Source: Marsupella aquatica (taxonomy: Eukaryota > Plantae > Marchantiophyta). From it: a DNA stretch of 64,000 bases. Below the pieces are notes generated by a model. That model made no database searches, was not told the DNA's origin, and saw only the letters and a program-made list of their open reading frames with translations. Of this stretch, positions 13,049 to 26,250 are shown one piece after another. The stretch's first letter is position 1. Each line of letters opens with the position of its first letter. A program made the position numbers and the translations under genes. The stretch lies in NCBI GenBank assembly GCA_973895155.1, contig OZ316898.1, positions 5,877,079-5,941,078 on the forward strand, written 5' to 3'.

Positions 13049-14130
13049 CGCCTCAAGTAGGTGAAAACCAATATTATTTTGTTGAGACCAGTTGCTTGGC
13101 AGCAAGGTGGGAACCCTCACTTAGTCGTTCAATTGTCCTTTCCATTCAGTTGGACTGTTTAATTTCTTGTCAATTTCTTGTCAAGTCATGATTCAGAAAA
13201 ACGCCTCCCAGCTCCACATAGTTGCCATCTTTGATGAAGAGGTATGCTGCCTCGATTGAAGCTGTCTATTCATAGCTACATTTTGAGCTTCCTCGCATCT
13301 CCTGGGTAAAGGGTAAATGGATTTCCCACACTATCATTCTCTTGAAGCAATCACAAATGTATCAACTAGGCATCGTCGCCAGGAAAACACAACCGACTTG
13401 AAAACGCATCAGTGTGGGGAGCTGGACCCAAGTATATGCCTTCAGGCCTTAAGGATTAAACCCTCGAAGCTGAAGAAGAGTAGACAAGAGAATGATAACG
13501 GAATACAAGGAGAAACGGTCCACGCTCGGATTTCTGTCAAAGCATAATTGGTTCTGTTTCAAATTTTCCTGCCCAAATTGAAACCACCACGACCACCACC
13601 ACCCCACCCATCCACCCACCAGTCCCCACAAATACCAATAATAATAAATAACAAAGCCCTTGTGAGTTCTCTAGGGTGCTTGGGTTGCACATGATATGAT
13701 GTTTCCAGGCAAGTACCATGCGATAGCGAATCATGAATATATCTCGACAAAGTGAACCTAAAATTCAACAGATAAACATGATTGTAGAAGTACGCAGTCA
13801 TCCAAGAGAATGTTCGAAAACAATCATCAGTGACAATCTCCGAACACCCCACCATCCATAAAAACGTTCAAAGGTACATTCATTCACAAAAGTATTGAAA
13901 CAAAATATAAACGCGCCCTTGTCTGGGTACAATCGGTATGATTCAAATTGTGACATTGGTTCAGCCTCTACACCAAGTTTACTGCATGACCAGGTGACAA
14001 AGATAGGAAAATTTGGCATTCAAATACATTATCTGGTCAAGCCAAAATCTCTGTCTGAATATATGCTCACCCACGTCTCAGGCGTGTTGGTGAGGATGCG
14101 ACATCCAACACAACTCAAGTGCTGGGTACG

Positions 14131-17100
14131 TTATTTGTACCATCCCTCCAAAGCATGTCGAAGCATAAAGCAGAAACCACAAGACACAACCTACATGTCA
14201 AGACCATACGTCAGCGTCTAAATTGTTACCTATGGCTGTCAAGAACACCCCCAGAATTCCCTACTAAAACAAAAGCAACATCACTCACCTGAAATATCAA
14301 TAGGCGGACACATAGTGCTTGCTCTGTACACTGCCCAAAGGTGCGCAGGAAGAGATTCACCAGATTCATATCATTACTGCCAGTAAGTAAATTTGTCCTT
14401 GGATCAAAGCTGGTAAAATAAACAAACCCACAGAAGGTTAACTGAGTAAACTGCACAGAAATTGTAGGGTGAGACCAACTCAAATAAAATGAAAAAGGTA
14501 GCATACTGGTAAATGGTAACAATGAATATACGTTATTTGGATCAGGACACCTAGAGACGTGAACAAATTCCTCAAAAGCATCAACATTCACACTTACCGT
14601 GGAAGACGATGTCGAGGGCAAGGTACAATCTTTAACAACTGTCATTCCAAAGTAAGCAATTGTCAGGGAGCTTGCCTAACTTGTTGCAGTGAAACAATGA
14701 CTATTCATCAGAAACTAGGAGGATGTCCGTAAGCTGGAGCGGTTCAGAAATTTCGCAACCGTTTAATTTGAGTAAACCTGAGGAATAGAGTAGAGGAAAT
14801 TCAGAATCTGAGGTAGAAAGAACACCAGCAAAGTTTCACTGAAAAACACACCAAAGAATAGTTAGCCCGCGTCAAAAAGAAGACCCCTTAGTGCTCATCC
14901 GCAAAGTCACGGATGGTTACTATACTTCACTCACCACTTGGTTCCTACATTTCATGTCCACACATGTGATCCTGTCAAAACTGGTAAAACGTTCTCTTGA
15001 CAATGAGTTCTAGACACCTCTAGGCGGCAAGGACCCCATAGAGCAACAGGAAGCTCATTGCTGTTTGAAAAGAGGTGGGAGCAATCCTCTCTTAGTACCT
15101 GAAATGGCCCAAAATGCCCACAACAGCCAAGGCCATTCCTGCAAAATATGTGAAAGTATCACCCACAAATATGGATGATGGATACCTGCAGTGCAACCAC
15201 AAGACATTCAAAATGAAACACTTCTAAAATTCAGGCTGCCATCACATGCAATATTGTTCCACAAAAAGAAATGCTATTATCGTCATCTGAATCTCTCTGA
15301 AAGATATCAGTACTGTGCTTACCAATTGTAAGCTAGCAATCCAAGGGACACAGCAACTAATGGTTGCATGAGAAAAATGGAAAACATATGAGCTTCCTTC
15401 CGCAGAACGTCTTCGTCTGTCTCAATGAACATAGGCTTTACTCCAATCTTCATTATATTGAAAGTCAAGATCTGTATGATTAAGCAAGAAATTTCTGTGA
15501 GAGATGTCATTGCCGACTAGACCGACCTCCCTCGGACAAGTTCAGACAAGTGAATCTTCACCAAAACCTCTTTGCCAATCATGTGTCCGTGTTCCAAGAA
15601 ACGAAAACTGCAAAGATTCATGAGCAACAGCAGCAACACTGCTGACATCACGGGTTTTCTTACGCAACATCCTCGTCTCTACATAGACTACAAGTAGCAG
15701 AAACATATGAATTATTATACAACACTGATAACTCAAAAAGATGAGTGACTCACCGCACAAGCAATCACAACAGTTTGTCCTACTTCCAATCCATTTATGC
15801 CAGCAAGGATGTTAATAGAGTTGGTGCAGAAGACTGCAAGAAGACCCATGTATAGCTTGTACAAAAAACCTACATCAATCAGAACAGGGACATGAAAGAC
15901 TGAGTCAACTCCAAAACCATTCCAAGTCGTATGGAAAATAATTTCCAGGCACCAAAAGAAAGTACTTTTGGCGGATGAGAAGACAAACGCTAGATATTGT
16001 ATATAGTAGTACCACTGGTCCTCAGCGGTAAAATACTGCAACAAAATCCGTTACATGATTTAAGAACTGTGCTAGTACTGACTCTTGACAAGATCCAGAG
16101 GATCAACAAGTGCGTCACAATTACTCATTCGGAACTGGTGCATCAGCAGTCTATCACATAACATCGGCATGAAAATTGTCACAACACTCAAAAAATCACT
16201 GAGTGCGTGTATATGTAAAAATACTCCTCAACAGAGGACAACATACTATCCAGGACCTTGGCATAAGCTGTCCAATTAAACCCCCTGATAACATTTTAGA
16301 GATAAAGACTTCAATCAATAATCTCACACAAACCTAGTTCGAGCAGACTGGTCCCGATCAGGGGCTGCAAAGGCTTTGGGATCAGAATAGTTGTTTTTCC
16401 CGTGTATGCCATCAACAGTGGAAGAGCTGCAACAGATGGCAATAGGAGCTTCCTGATGAGCACATCATAAATCAAATAATTAGGAGATAGATATGAATTT
16501 AAAATAACTTGTTTGCTAAGTACTGCACAGACAGAGGATAAAGACGACTTGCAACAACGTAGAGAAAAGGAAGATCAACGTACACACGCCAGGGAATATC
16601 CAGGACATCGTCCACAAAACCCAGAAAGAGCATGAAGCAGATACACATCAGCGCCGCATTGTATTCTGTAAGCCACTGCATACACAAATCAAAAGCTTGT
16701 TCAACGAGCCAACAACAATACCAAGTCGCTCCCTGGTTGACCTCTCGCTGGTATCCAGAGAACTGCACTCATTAAGGATAACATTTCCACAAAATACGAG
16801 TTGAATTTTCTGGTTGCTGTTGTCAAACAGCTAAAAGGGATTACTTCTCAAAACTTGGGATATCCACTATCGTGATCATTTTAAATTTCCTAATATGAGC
16901 ATCATTTCCTAGGCACTGGTGAGGACAAAATACCTAGAAAGCTAAAACGGAGATTTTTAGCGTGCACTCCACGAACCATGATTCATCCCCCTTGATTTCA
17001 ATCCAGCAGTACAAAAGGTTCCCAAAACTCATTGTCTTATCAGAGCCTAAAAGATCCAACTTATCACCAGGCCCGACTACAGGACCATCAGTAATTGAAG

Positions 17101-18065
17101 GCGCAGTTTCTAGCACGCCAGAAAACAGGAAATAGAATGCACCGTAAATGAGAATGCAAAAACAAGAGCAGGAGCCTTCGAAATCTAAACGAAAGAACAG
17201 AAAAGATCAAGAGAATCAGGGAGAAAACCCTAAACCCTCAACCCAGAGTTCTAGGACGAACTCTCTATAGACATTCTACTGAGGTTTCATAATTCATTGC
17301 ACCATGAATAGACTCCAACCAGAATCTTAAAAATACAAAACCTCAAAGCACTTCAGACGTCTGGAAAACCCTTACAGCATGGTCATGCGTGAAGAAAAAT
17401 GGCTGGAATATTATTGTGACCGTCAAGAAGACAATTCCTGTCACCAAACCAAGTGATTCTGGCCTGCACCAGAGAAGCAGCACAAGCATGAGAGGATTCT
17501 ACGGTCTGATGAAACATGATTGAGAGTGAGAACTGGTACGGATTTCGACTATCAAGAGCGACATAATCACATATCACCCGGGCAATCTAAATTCGACCGA
17601 TAGCAAAACGATAGACAAATCCACAAAGCGAAGTTCCGCAGGTTCGCCATATTCCCATACAATTTGGTGTTAGAGATTGGCGCGGGTTGAAAGGATCACT
17701 TACACTTTGACAGTACCCGCCTCTGTGCCCTTCTTGTTGATATCAAGTCCAAACATGTCCTTTCTCAGGATGTAGGTAGCTGTTACTGGTACTAGCCCCA
17801 CAGTCAGAAAGAATCCAAACACGCTCATCACAGCATTAATGCCGATGGCAGTCCTAACATCTTTATCCAGCTCAGATGTAGAAAGGAAGAAGAGGTAGGG
17901 GCCCAGGCACCCCATCCCTAGGAACAAAATCTTTTTGATCTTGCGGCTAAGTCCAGGTTTGCCCTGTTGCACTTTCTGGAAATCTTGGGTTCCCCCTTTG
18001 AAGGGTATCGCCGGATCAAATTGCACTTGTTTGACCCTCCTTTGTGGACCACCATCGCCAGCCAT
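14131..18065 (-). CDS. GPT: UDP-N-acetylglucosamine--dolichyl-phosphate N-acetylglucosaminephosphotransferase (GPT/ALG7/DPAGT1), 11 exons
   Basis: Exons (minus), all GT-AG and in phase: 18065-17704, 17463-17376, 16675-16584, 16452-16334, 15869-15754, 15471-15323, 15185-15099, 14838-14778, 14638-14598, 14409-14289, 14190-14131. Spliced protein has the family motifs [74 protein letters not shown] and ends EGWYK*. Confidence 0.95.
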
Positions 18066-21000
18066 TTTCAGTTGACAGATAGAATTGCACTGATTTCTCC
18101 AAGCCTGTCTGTCCTCCCGATCAGCAATCTCGACCGGAAAGAGAGACAGAGAGCAACACCTTCCTCCCTATCCTTCGATTGCTTCCTGCGTCAAAGTTCG
18201 CTCGGCCGGAAAGCCTACATGTTTACAGATGTGTTCCTCTGCTACGGTGATGTAGTCTACGAATCTACCTCCTTCTGCAATCACCTTGAGCGAGAAATTG
18301 AAACCCAGATGGAGCTACACGTTTGCCGTTTGCCAAAATGCTCGATACTCTTTCAACGCGGATGAACTGCAGCGAAACCCTCTTGTCTGTTCAGTCATAC
18401 CATCACCATATCATCATCATGTAGTACATATATTATACATAGTAGTGAAATGTGACAATAGTTCTCTCAGCTGTTACTAAAATTTGAAGATATGGGTACA
18501 TCGGAAAGATCCTTCCAACCTTTTTCTAAGTAACCCACGAAAAATCACGTTTAGTCAGATGTGTAGGGCGATAGTGAATGTAGAAGTTAACTTCTCTAAA
18601 ACTTTCAGGAGCACTAAGTGTGGGCAGTAAGTGATATAGTAATCTTTAGACATTCATTCTCTCTCCATTCTTCATGAAAAATAGAAATGTTGGATTGCAA
18701 GAGACTTCTGCCAAGCCCAAGAAGAACTGATTCCCTTGGATATCAAGAGCGATATTGAAGGTCAACCTGTGCTGTTGAAAACTTTGGAAATGAGAAGGGT
18801 GACAATGAGCGAAGGCCTAGTCACAATCTATGGGGGTTGCATGTTTCATGGGCTGGGTCCATGGAAACTTCAATTTTCCCTTAACGAAAAGGAAAGTTAG
18901 CCCCCCATAGACAGAAAGGTTAGTTTTGTGTAAGGTAACCCATGGGCTTGAGAGGTTTATGGGGCATAACCCCTCAGGGTGGTGAGCCTGAGCAGGTTAC
19001 AGTCCGTAGCCCCTAACACTCCTTTTAAATCCTCAAAGAACTATGTGAGGAGTCACAACCTTGATCTGCGCCAGTAACAAGAAGATTTACATCATAAAAT
19101 CTGGCGTCCAGCTGGCAAGGGTGCTATGGTCCATAATCTTGAATGAAATCTCAAAGGAAGACTCACAATGAGGGTTTATGGAGCCTCAGATGGACACCTC
19201 AAACCATAGTATAAACAAAATGCAGGCAAAGTACTTTGAAGAAGGTGTACGTAGTGTTATGGGACTATGATCTCATGCTTGGTTTGTGCTATCTAGGTTA
19301 TGTGAGTCCGTATGAGCACCTTGTCAAACCTTTGTGTCATGGCATTCATGTTTGTTTTTCCCCTTGTGAAGCCTGGGGCACCACATCCTCGCTTGAGGGC
19401 AGATGAAAAGGAGGGTTGGAGGGGTCTACTCTTTTATAAGGCAATGTTGGAGCAGGGTCCATCTGCAAACCATATTAACCATCACTGTTAGTATGCGTAT
19501 ACCACGCAGGTCTTTCTGGGTACGGTTTGAGCCTGCAACCTCTTCTTGACCACTCCTTTCAGCCCTTAATCCATTTCTATGAATTTGAATGTACAGCCAT
19601 CCCTAAATAGTGCAGCCTTCAGCAAATATGTGACCAAATAGCACTTAGTTTGGTCACAACAAGTAGACTGAGCAAATCTTCCTCCCTTCCTCCTTTCTTT
19701 CATGTTACTTCCTTCACTCTCCCTTGGGCCATATTTTATACCATCTTAGAGATGTATTTTTCCCTATTCTATGAAATAGACTGTACAGTCATATTATTTG
19801 AGTACCTTACCTCACATACTGGTTGGACTTTTGTCATCCCACCAGTATTCATTTCAATTCATACAGTCAATGAATAGAATCCCTTTATTAGTGTTTTTTT
19901 ATTACTCCCAAAACCAGGTCCATGACCAAGCGCTATTTGGTCATATAGGACCATGACCAAAGAACTCTGTGGTCATATTAGCACTGAGCAAACGTGGCAT
20001 CTGTGATTTCTACTGCCCAGCTACGCTATTCTTGTTCATCCAGGAATATTATAGCCCGTTATTCCTGTCTACCCAACCCCTTGGAACACAGAATCGAGTT
20101 TTCGGGTCCCACTACTACTATTTCACTTTGTTCAGTCAATTGCACAGGGGGAAAGCTATAGTATTTTCCTCCATGCACCAAAGCCTCGGCTATGCTTTGC
20201 AAATCACTGGTGGTGACAGAAATTCCGTGTATAAAAATAACATCAATAGCATACGGACAGGTACTTGTTTTCTGACACACCCTACTTTGCATATACTATA
20301 CTTCTACTATTGTGTTTTATTGTAAAAACATTAGATCGTTTACACATATCATTACCAGAAAAAAAAACAAAGCATGTTCCAGAATGAACATGCTATGAAC
20401 ATGTTATATAGCACATGATGAACATGCTCTATAGCACATGATTGACTTTGAGTTTTACTGGCTCACCCAATACCTTTTGAAGTCAATATATGCAATTATT
20501 TGAGGATTAAAATTTCGAGACGCCCTATAAAAGTCAACCAAACAACGAAATTTGTCTTCCGATGAGCATCCCTTTAAAAAAATGTTTTTTTAATTACTAA
20601 ATGGTATACCATATGTACATTTTCTCCCTAGTTTATTCTAGCATAAATTAGGTTCTTAACAACACATTTATCAGAAAAGTTGCCCAAGGGATGATTTTGG
20701 AATCCCTCTACGTAACCAAATCCAAGTTTACATTTAAGCCCAAAATTCCTGCAATGATCGGGACTTTTTGAAGGCCATTTTAGCACAAATTAGCCCAAAG
20801 GTGGAATTTTTCTCCAAGACAAGGCCTATTACAATTACCCTTTGAGCTCTATTTTAAGACACCCAAGCACTTCTTTTCAAACTTTTCTTCCTTGGACCTC
20901 GGGTCAAAACTCTGTCAGGGTATTGAATCCAAAACTGTCAAGAGAACTGGAAAACCTTGCAAACATATAGCATGCTCATCTCGGAACATGCTTGAGTTTT

Positions 21001-22723
21001 TGTCTTGTAGTGATCTGAAAGTACATAAAATATGAGAACATAACTATAATTATTGGTGCACAGTGACCAATGAAAAGTACAATCAAGGATGCTACTATGT
21101 CTGCACTTAATTCAATGTCCTCATGAATGACACTCATTTCAATAAAAACCATAAACTCAGGAAAGAAAGACATAAGGGGAACTTAAGACACAATGGGAAC
21201 CATTTCTCTTACTCATGAGAATACTTTGTTCAAGTGGTGAATCCTTTCATTCATCTCTGATAAATCACAAACATTAAAATTTATAAGGGGGCTGCCAAAA
21301 TAAATTCAAAATACTCTAGAATCCTAAAATTAAAGGGGTCCATAAATTAAATAAAATTGTGTATTATACACAGGCTGCCCCTTGATAAGGCACATTGAAA
21401 TAAAAATACCTGACATCAAAACTCTGAATAAGACAAAATCTGAAAGGTGGATTCACCATATAGCAAACAGAGTACCCCCTTCCTCTAACCCCAACACCCC
21501 TCACCCATCTCCAAGAAAACAGCCAAGTAAAATATTGAGCACAATACACTAGCCTTGATACAGCCCACTACAGCATGTGACCACAGCTGAAGGTCACTCA
21601 GTTCAGTTTTCAATACAGCCAGAGAATTGACAGCACCACGAGCACAGCCGAGGCAGCACCCAGGCCAGCCCACTTAGGCATACTAGAGTCTCTTCAGAGG
21701 ATATGCACTACTACACCTTTCTTAATGTATGACCTATGACCACTGGTCTCACAAGCTCATCCAAACCCAACAGATTTAAACAACTTTGATGACATAAATC
21801 TCAACTACAAACTACCAGTCTCAATCCTGGTCTCAACATGGCCAGCAAAATGACAGCAGCACTTTTTTGTTTTGTTTTTTTAAATGAGTGTTTATAAGAG
21901 GCCGGGGGCATCCGGGGGAAAAACACAGGGGCCAAAAAGGCTGAGGGGTGATCAAAGGAGAAGCATCCACCCCGGAGGAGAAAGAGCACTAGTCAGGCCA
22001 ACGATCCCTATCGATCCTCCAAGCCAGAAAAACCTCCAAGTTCCAGTACAAGTACAAGTACAGCGTATTGAACAGCCATTGTCTCATATTCCACCTATTC
22101 CTAAACTTAGAGTTGCTTCTGGTGAATGACAGCAACACTAGCACGGACAAGGCTGGAAAACCACAGAGCACAGCACCAAGAGCATAGAAATGAGAGTAGA
22201 GCTCAAGGGAAAAAATGAAATGCAGCATGCAACCAAGAGGCCAAAAATATGCAAGCATAGCTAAGGGCAAAAAATCAAAGGAGCAGCCAGACGACCAACG
22301 CCAAAACACACAGCAAGACCAACACCACTAGAGAGTGACTGCAGCACCCAGGCTAGAAGCCCACAGTGAGTACACATAAGCCACAACTAGCACACCACCA
22401 AGGCCCAAACACATCGAGAGCAGCACCATGATGAGAGAAATAAGTTTAGGATCTGAACAAGAGAGTACCACACTCCAAGCACCACTGACCAAATGAGCAC
22501 CAAATGCACACAAAGAACAAGTCAGACCAAACGAGAGAATGAATGTCACCGCCAAATGGAGACACACAGACCAAATGAGAGAATGAGCACAAACAAACTC
22601 TTTGCAAAGCACACAAAGAGATAGACCACAAGACAGTAACATTTTGGCCAGGACTTGTAGCCCTAGTTTCCTCAGCCTAATTAGTCGTTATGTCATTGTT
22701 GAAGCTCAACTCCACTGCCCTAA

Positions 22724-23112
22724 GAGCATCTCCAACGGTTAGTGGGTTGGCCTATGTAATGCTATGTTGACCAAACCCAATCAGGTTAAACACAAAAGGC
22801 AACCCCAATGGGCTAGTAAATGGACATAACCCTATTAACTTATAAGTTTTTAGTTTTTGGTTATGGATCAATCTGTGTATGTATGAGCTGCTATATAGCG
22901 CATTGACTAAATACATGATTCATTCTTGGGCTCTCCAAGAGCTATCGATTGGACCAATGTCAGGAGGTACAAAAAAACCCAGTAACCATTGGGCTTGCTT
23001 ATTGACACATCATCCTTGCTATATGCAGTATACTAAAAAGACATCTCTTTACGCTCTATTTAATGATTTTATACATGCAGTAAGAAAATAGCATCCGCCA
23101 TTGGAGATGCTC
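22724..23112. mobile_element. Tourist (PIF/Harbinger) MITE
   Basis: Perfect 12-bp TIR gagcatctccaa...ttggagatgctc with TAA TSD. Confidence 0.85.
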
Positions 23113-23115
23113 TAA

Positions 23116-23537
23116 GAGCATTCCCTCCCATGTGCTCCATAAATTCCCAATTGCTACTGACAGGCCAATGAGCATTATTTTGAAGACCAATCAGTGAGAT
23201 GGGTGGGTATGGTTCGGTCCCCAGTCATCCATGCCACTAAATGGTAGCTCTTAAAGCTGAAGCCTGGCAGTACACTGCAACACACATTCTAACTTGTTTG
23301 CATCACATCTAAAGCCCTACATCCAATCTTGGATATGTACACCTAAAGGTGGTCCAATGTCGGGAAGAATTGCAGCCGCTACTAGTACTAGAGGGTAGGA
23401 ATGGCACAGAGTGAGCAAATTTAGCCCAGCCCAGGGCATTAGTGGCACCCTATTGAGTTCTGGTAGGAAGTCAAAACAGGTGGAACCCTCCATTTTTGCT
23501 GTTGGCCCCATTGTATGGCAGACCGGTGCAAATGCTC
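23116..23537. mobile_element. Second, older Tourist-like MITE abutting the first
   Basis: taa-gagcatt...aatgctc-taa termini with an imperfect TIR beyond 7 bp. Confidence 0.55.
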
Positions 23538-25956
23538 TAAATTCTCTACTCTAAACACGTCATCCTAAACTTGTAAACAACCCTAAACTCACATATATGT
23601 TGAACTGTATACCCATAATATCCAGTTTTTCCACTATAAGACATATTGCTAACGAGCTCCACAATGAGGCATTGATAATATGAAATGTCATGATGTAGCG
23701 GGGACATGGGGCTATGCAACTGTGCCATTCAATTTCATAGGAGGCTTTCTAAACTGCTGAACCTTTAATAAACAAATTTCAACCAAACACCCAATTGCAA
23801 CAAACATCATGTTTCTTTCTATTGTAGCATTTTTTACACTTCTTACCCAGTGAAACCTTTATATGTCTATTCCAACGCAATGCCTATGGCTGCAAACATG
23901 CTACAAAAGGCCTGGTTTGTGCTGTTGCGTGATGTCACTTGACACTCCATTAGACTATGTACCAAAAAATCAAGCCAACTTTTAATTTTATTGAAGGAAA
24001 CAAATGAGATATAGCAAAGGCATAAATATTTGTCACCTATCAAGAACATGTATATTCTTGTTTCCATAAAGTACATTATTTTATTAATTAACTTAATAAA
24101 TGAAATTTCCAATGAGGTTTAGGCACTAAAGTCTGTGTGGACCAGTGAATGAACTGATCAAGCATTGCAATATTATTGAATGTTGATCCTATGTTATATT
24201 TCATTAACATGGTCATAACTTGATTCTGGTTGCAAGTAGTTGTGGGCAGTGATTGAGTACTTCAAGTGTAGAAGCACTGCCAAAATTTTGTGAGAGTAGT
24301 ATGGGTGTTGTTTTGGTGCTATATATGGGAGCACACAACAAATATGTTTTAACCCTGGCTGTTAGCAAACACAATCATGCATTTTTATTGTAACTCTTTA
24401 CAATTCAGAGGTAGTTGGCTAGGACTCATCCAATCAATCCCAAAGCCTTGTCCTGAGGCCCTGTGTCCTTTGCCTGGGTGCTTGGCAACGTTGTGGCACC
24501 CCATCTGCACTCCTATCTTTGGCCTCAAGGGTGTGTTCGTAGTTTCAAGTTGGCTTTTGCTGTAGGTGCTTTGGAACACTTTGGGTGCACAATCATGTTT
24601 CTAAAAAAAGATAGAAAGGAGGGAATGATGGACATGCCCTTGGACGTGGGATGGGTTCAAAATCTATTTATATATTTAAATCATTTTTCTTAGTACCTCA
24701 AATATAGAATCATTCCCTAATGTTTGTAAACAAAGAGGGTAATTTCAGAGTGAAGTATAAAAAAATTGTTGGAGCCACAGAGTGCTATGGCTGGGGCCCT
24801 TGATGCGGCCCCCTTAAATAAAGTCACAATTGGCCAGGCTTGGTCCAATTTATTTCAATTCAAAATGTTCAGAGTACATTTGTTACTAAAAGCTTGACAT
24901 CAAAAGTACATTCTAGGAATTATGTGACTAGTGGGGGGATGCAAAATCAATTTCATCATAGGCAGTGGAGTTGGACTCAAATTAACTCCTAGATACCCTG
25001 GGTGGCATTGGGAAGGGTAATGAGGAGCTCCTGACAGAGATTTTGTCCCTCAACTTGGCAATCTCGTCATGCCTTCAAATTCTTAAAAAATCCAACCCTA
25101 ATTGTCAATGTTTGGCTCTCCAGAATACTCAAGCATTGCACTCCTGTTTTAGCCATTACCTTTTAATTGAGCTTGGGCAGCCATCTTGAACACATTTTCA
25201 TGGCCTTCCTTTATTTTATTTGCATTCATTTGTTTGCTTAATTCCAAGGGGTCTCTTGCTCAAATTTCCCTGGGAACTGTCCTACTCATTCTGGTCTTTC
25301 TTTGGTCCAGACTATATAGTGTTTTGGCCTGGGTGTTTGGCCCCTCATTAGACAAAAGCGTGTAATGGCAGACCTAGCCACCCAGTGCCCTCAACCAACC
25401 TAGCACCTTACCTAAGTACTCTTGGTGCCAAACAACTATACAAAACTCCACGAGCAAACAACTTGGTGCCTCTCTCACCACCAACAACAACTCCCATATG
25501 AAGTGAGTCACGCTTGTTCCTCAACACGACTATCGTTCAACTACCCAAGTTATTGTCTACACAAGCAACTGGGCAAGCAACCAATCGCATTGGTAAGTAA
25601 CCTGCCTTGATTTTTTATCCAAAAACCATTATCTTACCTCAAGTTCAACAATCATTAGTAAACAGGTCAGAGGATAGAGTCTCTCAAGTCCGTGTGACCT
25701 TGCCATATTAAGCCAAATCTAAGATTAGCACCCATTGTTTGTCCATAACAACCCCTCTACTGGGTGTCGCCCAAGCTTCCCCACTTTCTATCCGTTACTA
25801 GCTTAGCCTAGCTGATTGTCTTTTCTCCAAGCCATGCCCATATTGCCCTAACTAGCTAGCTTGTCCCAGATGCCGAAACCAGTTTGGTCCTGATTCTAGC
25901 AACCGTCTCTACGGCTCTAGCTCAATCGGGAGTACAAGGGCAAGATGCACTTGGAC

Positions 25957-26250
25957 CCTAGGGGTCTCACTACATAGAGGTCCCCCGTCACCTGCAACGT
26001 TTTAACCCCAACACCCCCTAAAATGCAAGATTTTTTTTAATTTTTAAAACCCTATAAAGTTGAAATATTCTTGGAATATTCCAAAATTTTGATTAAATGG
26101 ACTATAATGTTCTTACAAGACTCCAAATTGGATTTAAAAGACCCTAAATTTTTTCCACAAAAATGTCTAAGTCTTCCCTTAAAACCAATAAAACTACCAT
26201 ATTCTTCGTCACATTTGATGTGCAGATTCTATGGAAGTGAAGCCCCCGAG
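25957..26250 (+). mobile_element. Same MITE family, copy 3 (more diverged)
   Basis: Colinear with 2881-3179, TSD acttggac/acttgaac. Confidence 0.75.

Noticed and set aside
17225-17245. Telomere-like aaaccct repeats in a GPT intron
   Set aside because: Only 2-3 units, which is a common telo-box-type motif in plant genes.
18600-22650. Degraded LINE fragments (T-rich tail near 21866-21881, strand-skewed sequence)
   Set aside because: No RT or endonuclease motif could be read, so it is too decayed to call.
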